Assembly (NCBI GenBank): GCA_964616855.1
Contig: CAZTUJ010000001.1
Span: 384,301-448,300, forward strand
DNA from: an uncultured Gammaproteobacteria bacterium
Lineage (GTDB): Bacteria; Patescibacteriota; Patescibacteriia; Patescibacteriales; UBA12465
Reading direction: 5' to 3'
Length of the DNA stretch: 64,000 nt
Part shown: positions 63,970-64,000 of the stretch, one piece after another
Numbering within the stretch: position 1 is the first letter of the stretch
Layout: every line of letters begins with the position of its first letter
Translations under genes and position numbers: made by a program
Notes under the pieces: generated by a model
Databases searched by the model: none
What the model was told of the DNA's origin: nothing
The model's input: only the letters and a program-made list of their open reading frames with translations

Positions 63970-64000
63970 GGGCGCTTCGGTTGAACCAATTTTTGAGTGC

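Noticed and set aside
1-64000. Alternative genetic code (UGA reassignment, as in some CPR lineages)
   Set aside because: Long, well-conserved genes terminate at TGA exactly where homologs end. Examples are dnaE at 10151-10153, the DUF3048 gene at 16589-16591 and the 1333-aa gene at 30740-30742. I saw no in-frame TGA interrupting conserved proteins, so standard code 11 fits.
1-64000. CRISPR arrays, transposases/IS elements, integrases, prophage genes and rRNA
   Set aside because: I saw no regularly spaced short direct repeats in noncoding DNA. No ORF carries DDE/transposase, tyrosine/serine recombinase, capsid, terminase or Cas hallmarks. The tRNA-Gln cassette is therefore given only a low-confidence mobile_element entry (0.3) and is not asserted to be a bona fide mobile element.

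Overview
The window reads as a small-genome, moderately AT-rich bacterial chromosome segment, probably from a CPR/Patescibacteria-like lineage. That placement is inferred from gene content and protein style and was not verified. All calls come from reading the supplied translations and the DNA by eye; no BLAST, HMM or covariance searches were run.

Core blocks:
- 1-26.4 kb is tightly packed housekeeping: glycosyltransferases, dtd, mnmA, tRNA-Leu, parA-rdgB-parB, dnaE, a class I aldolase, a SEDS protein, L25, rpmE-prfA-prmC, an envelope-glycan cluster (flippase, GT1, GT2, DUF192, O-antigen-ligase-like), greA and lysS.
- 51-64 kb is also core: ldh, corA, a compact DNA-repair cluster (uvrB, MutT-like Nudix, uvrA, single-domain MGMT/ATL-like, short uvrC) and rplJ-rplL.

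Accessory region:
- From tRNA-Gln (26.37 kb) to about 51 kb the architecture changes. Spacers are long and AT-rich, and most genes have their own near-consensus promoter and hairpin terminator.
- The genes here are mostly orphans or niche functions.
- Three large secreted mosaic proteins (1333, 573 and 1077 aa) carry repeat modules I cannot assign to named families.

Most interesting observations:
1. A two-gene cassette sits next to tRNA-Gln. It is bracketed by ~150-160-nt diverged direct repeats that begin at the tRNA 3' end, and no integrase is present.
2. A ~55-aa tandem C-terminal module is shared by two secreted proteins.
3. A five-unit, six-cysteine WSxWGxC repeat array is fused to a poly-N/G tract, a cadherin-like domain and a beta-helix.
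4. The clustered NER genes are domain-minimised.
5. Two ORF-poor, structured intergenic regions (34.7-35.0 kb and 59.6-59.9 kb) may be ncRNAs.

No CRISPR array, transposase, integrase, reverse transcriptase or rRNA was seen.
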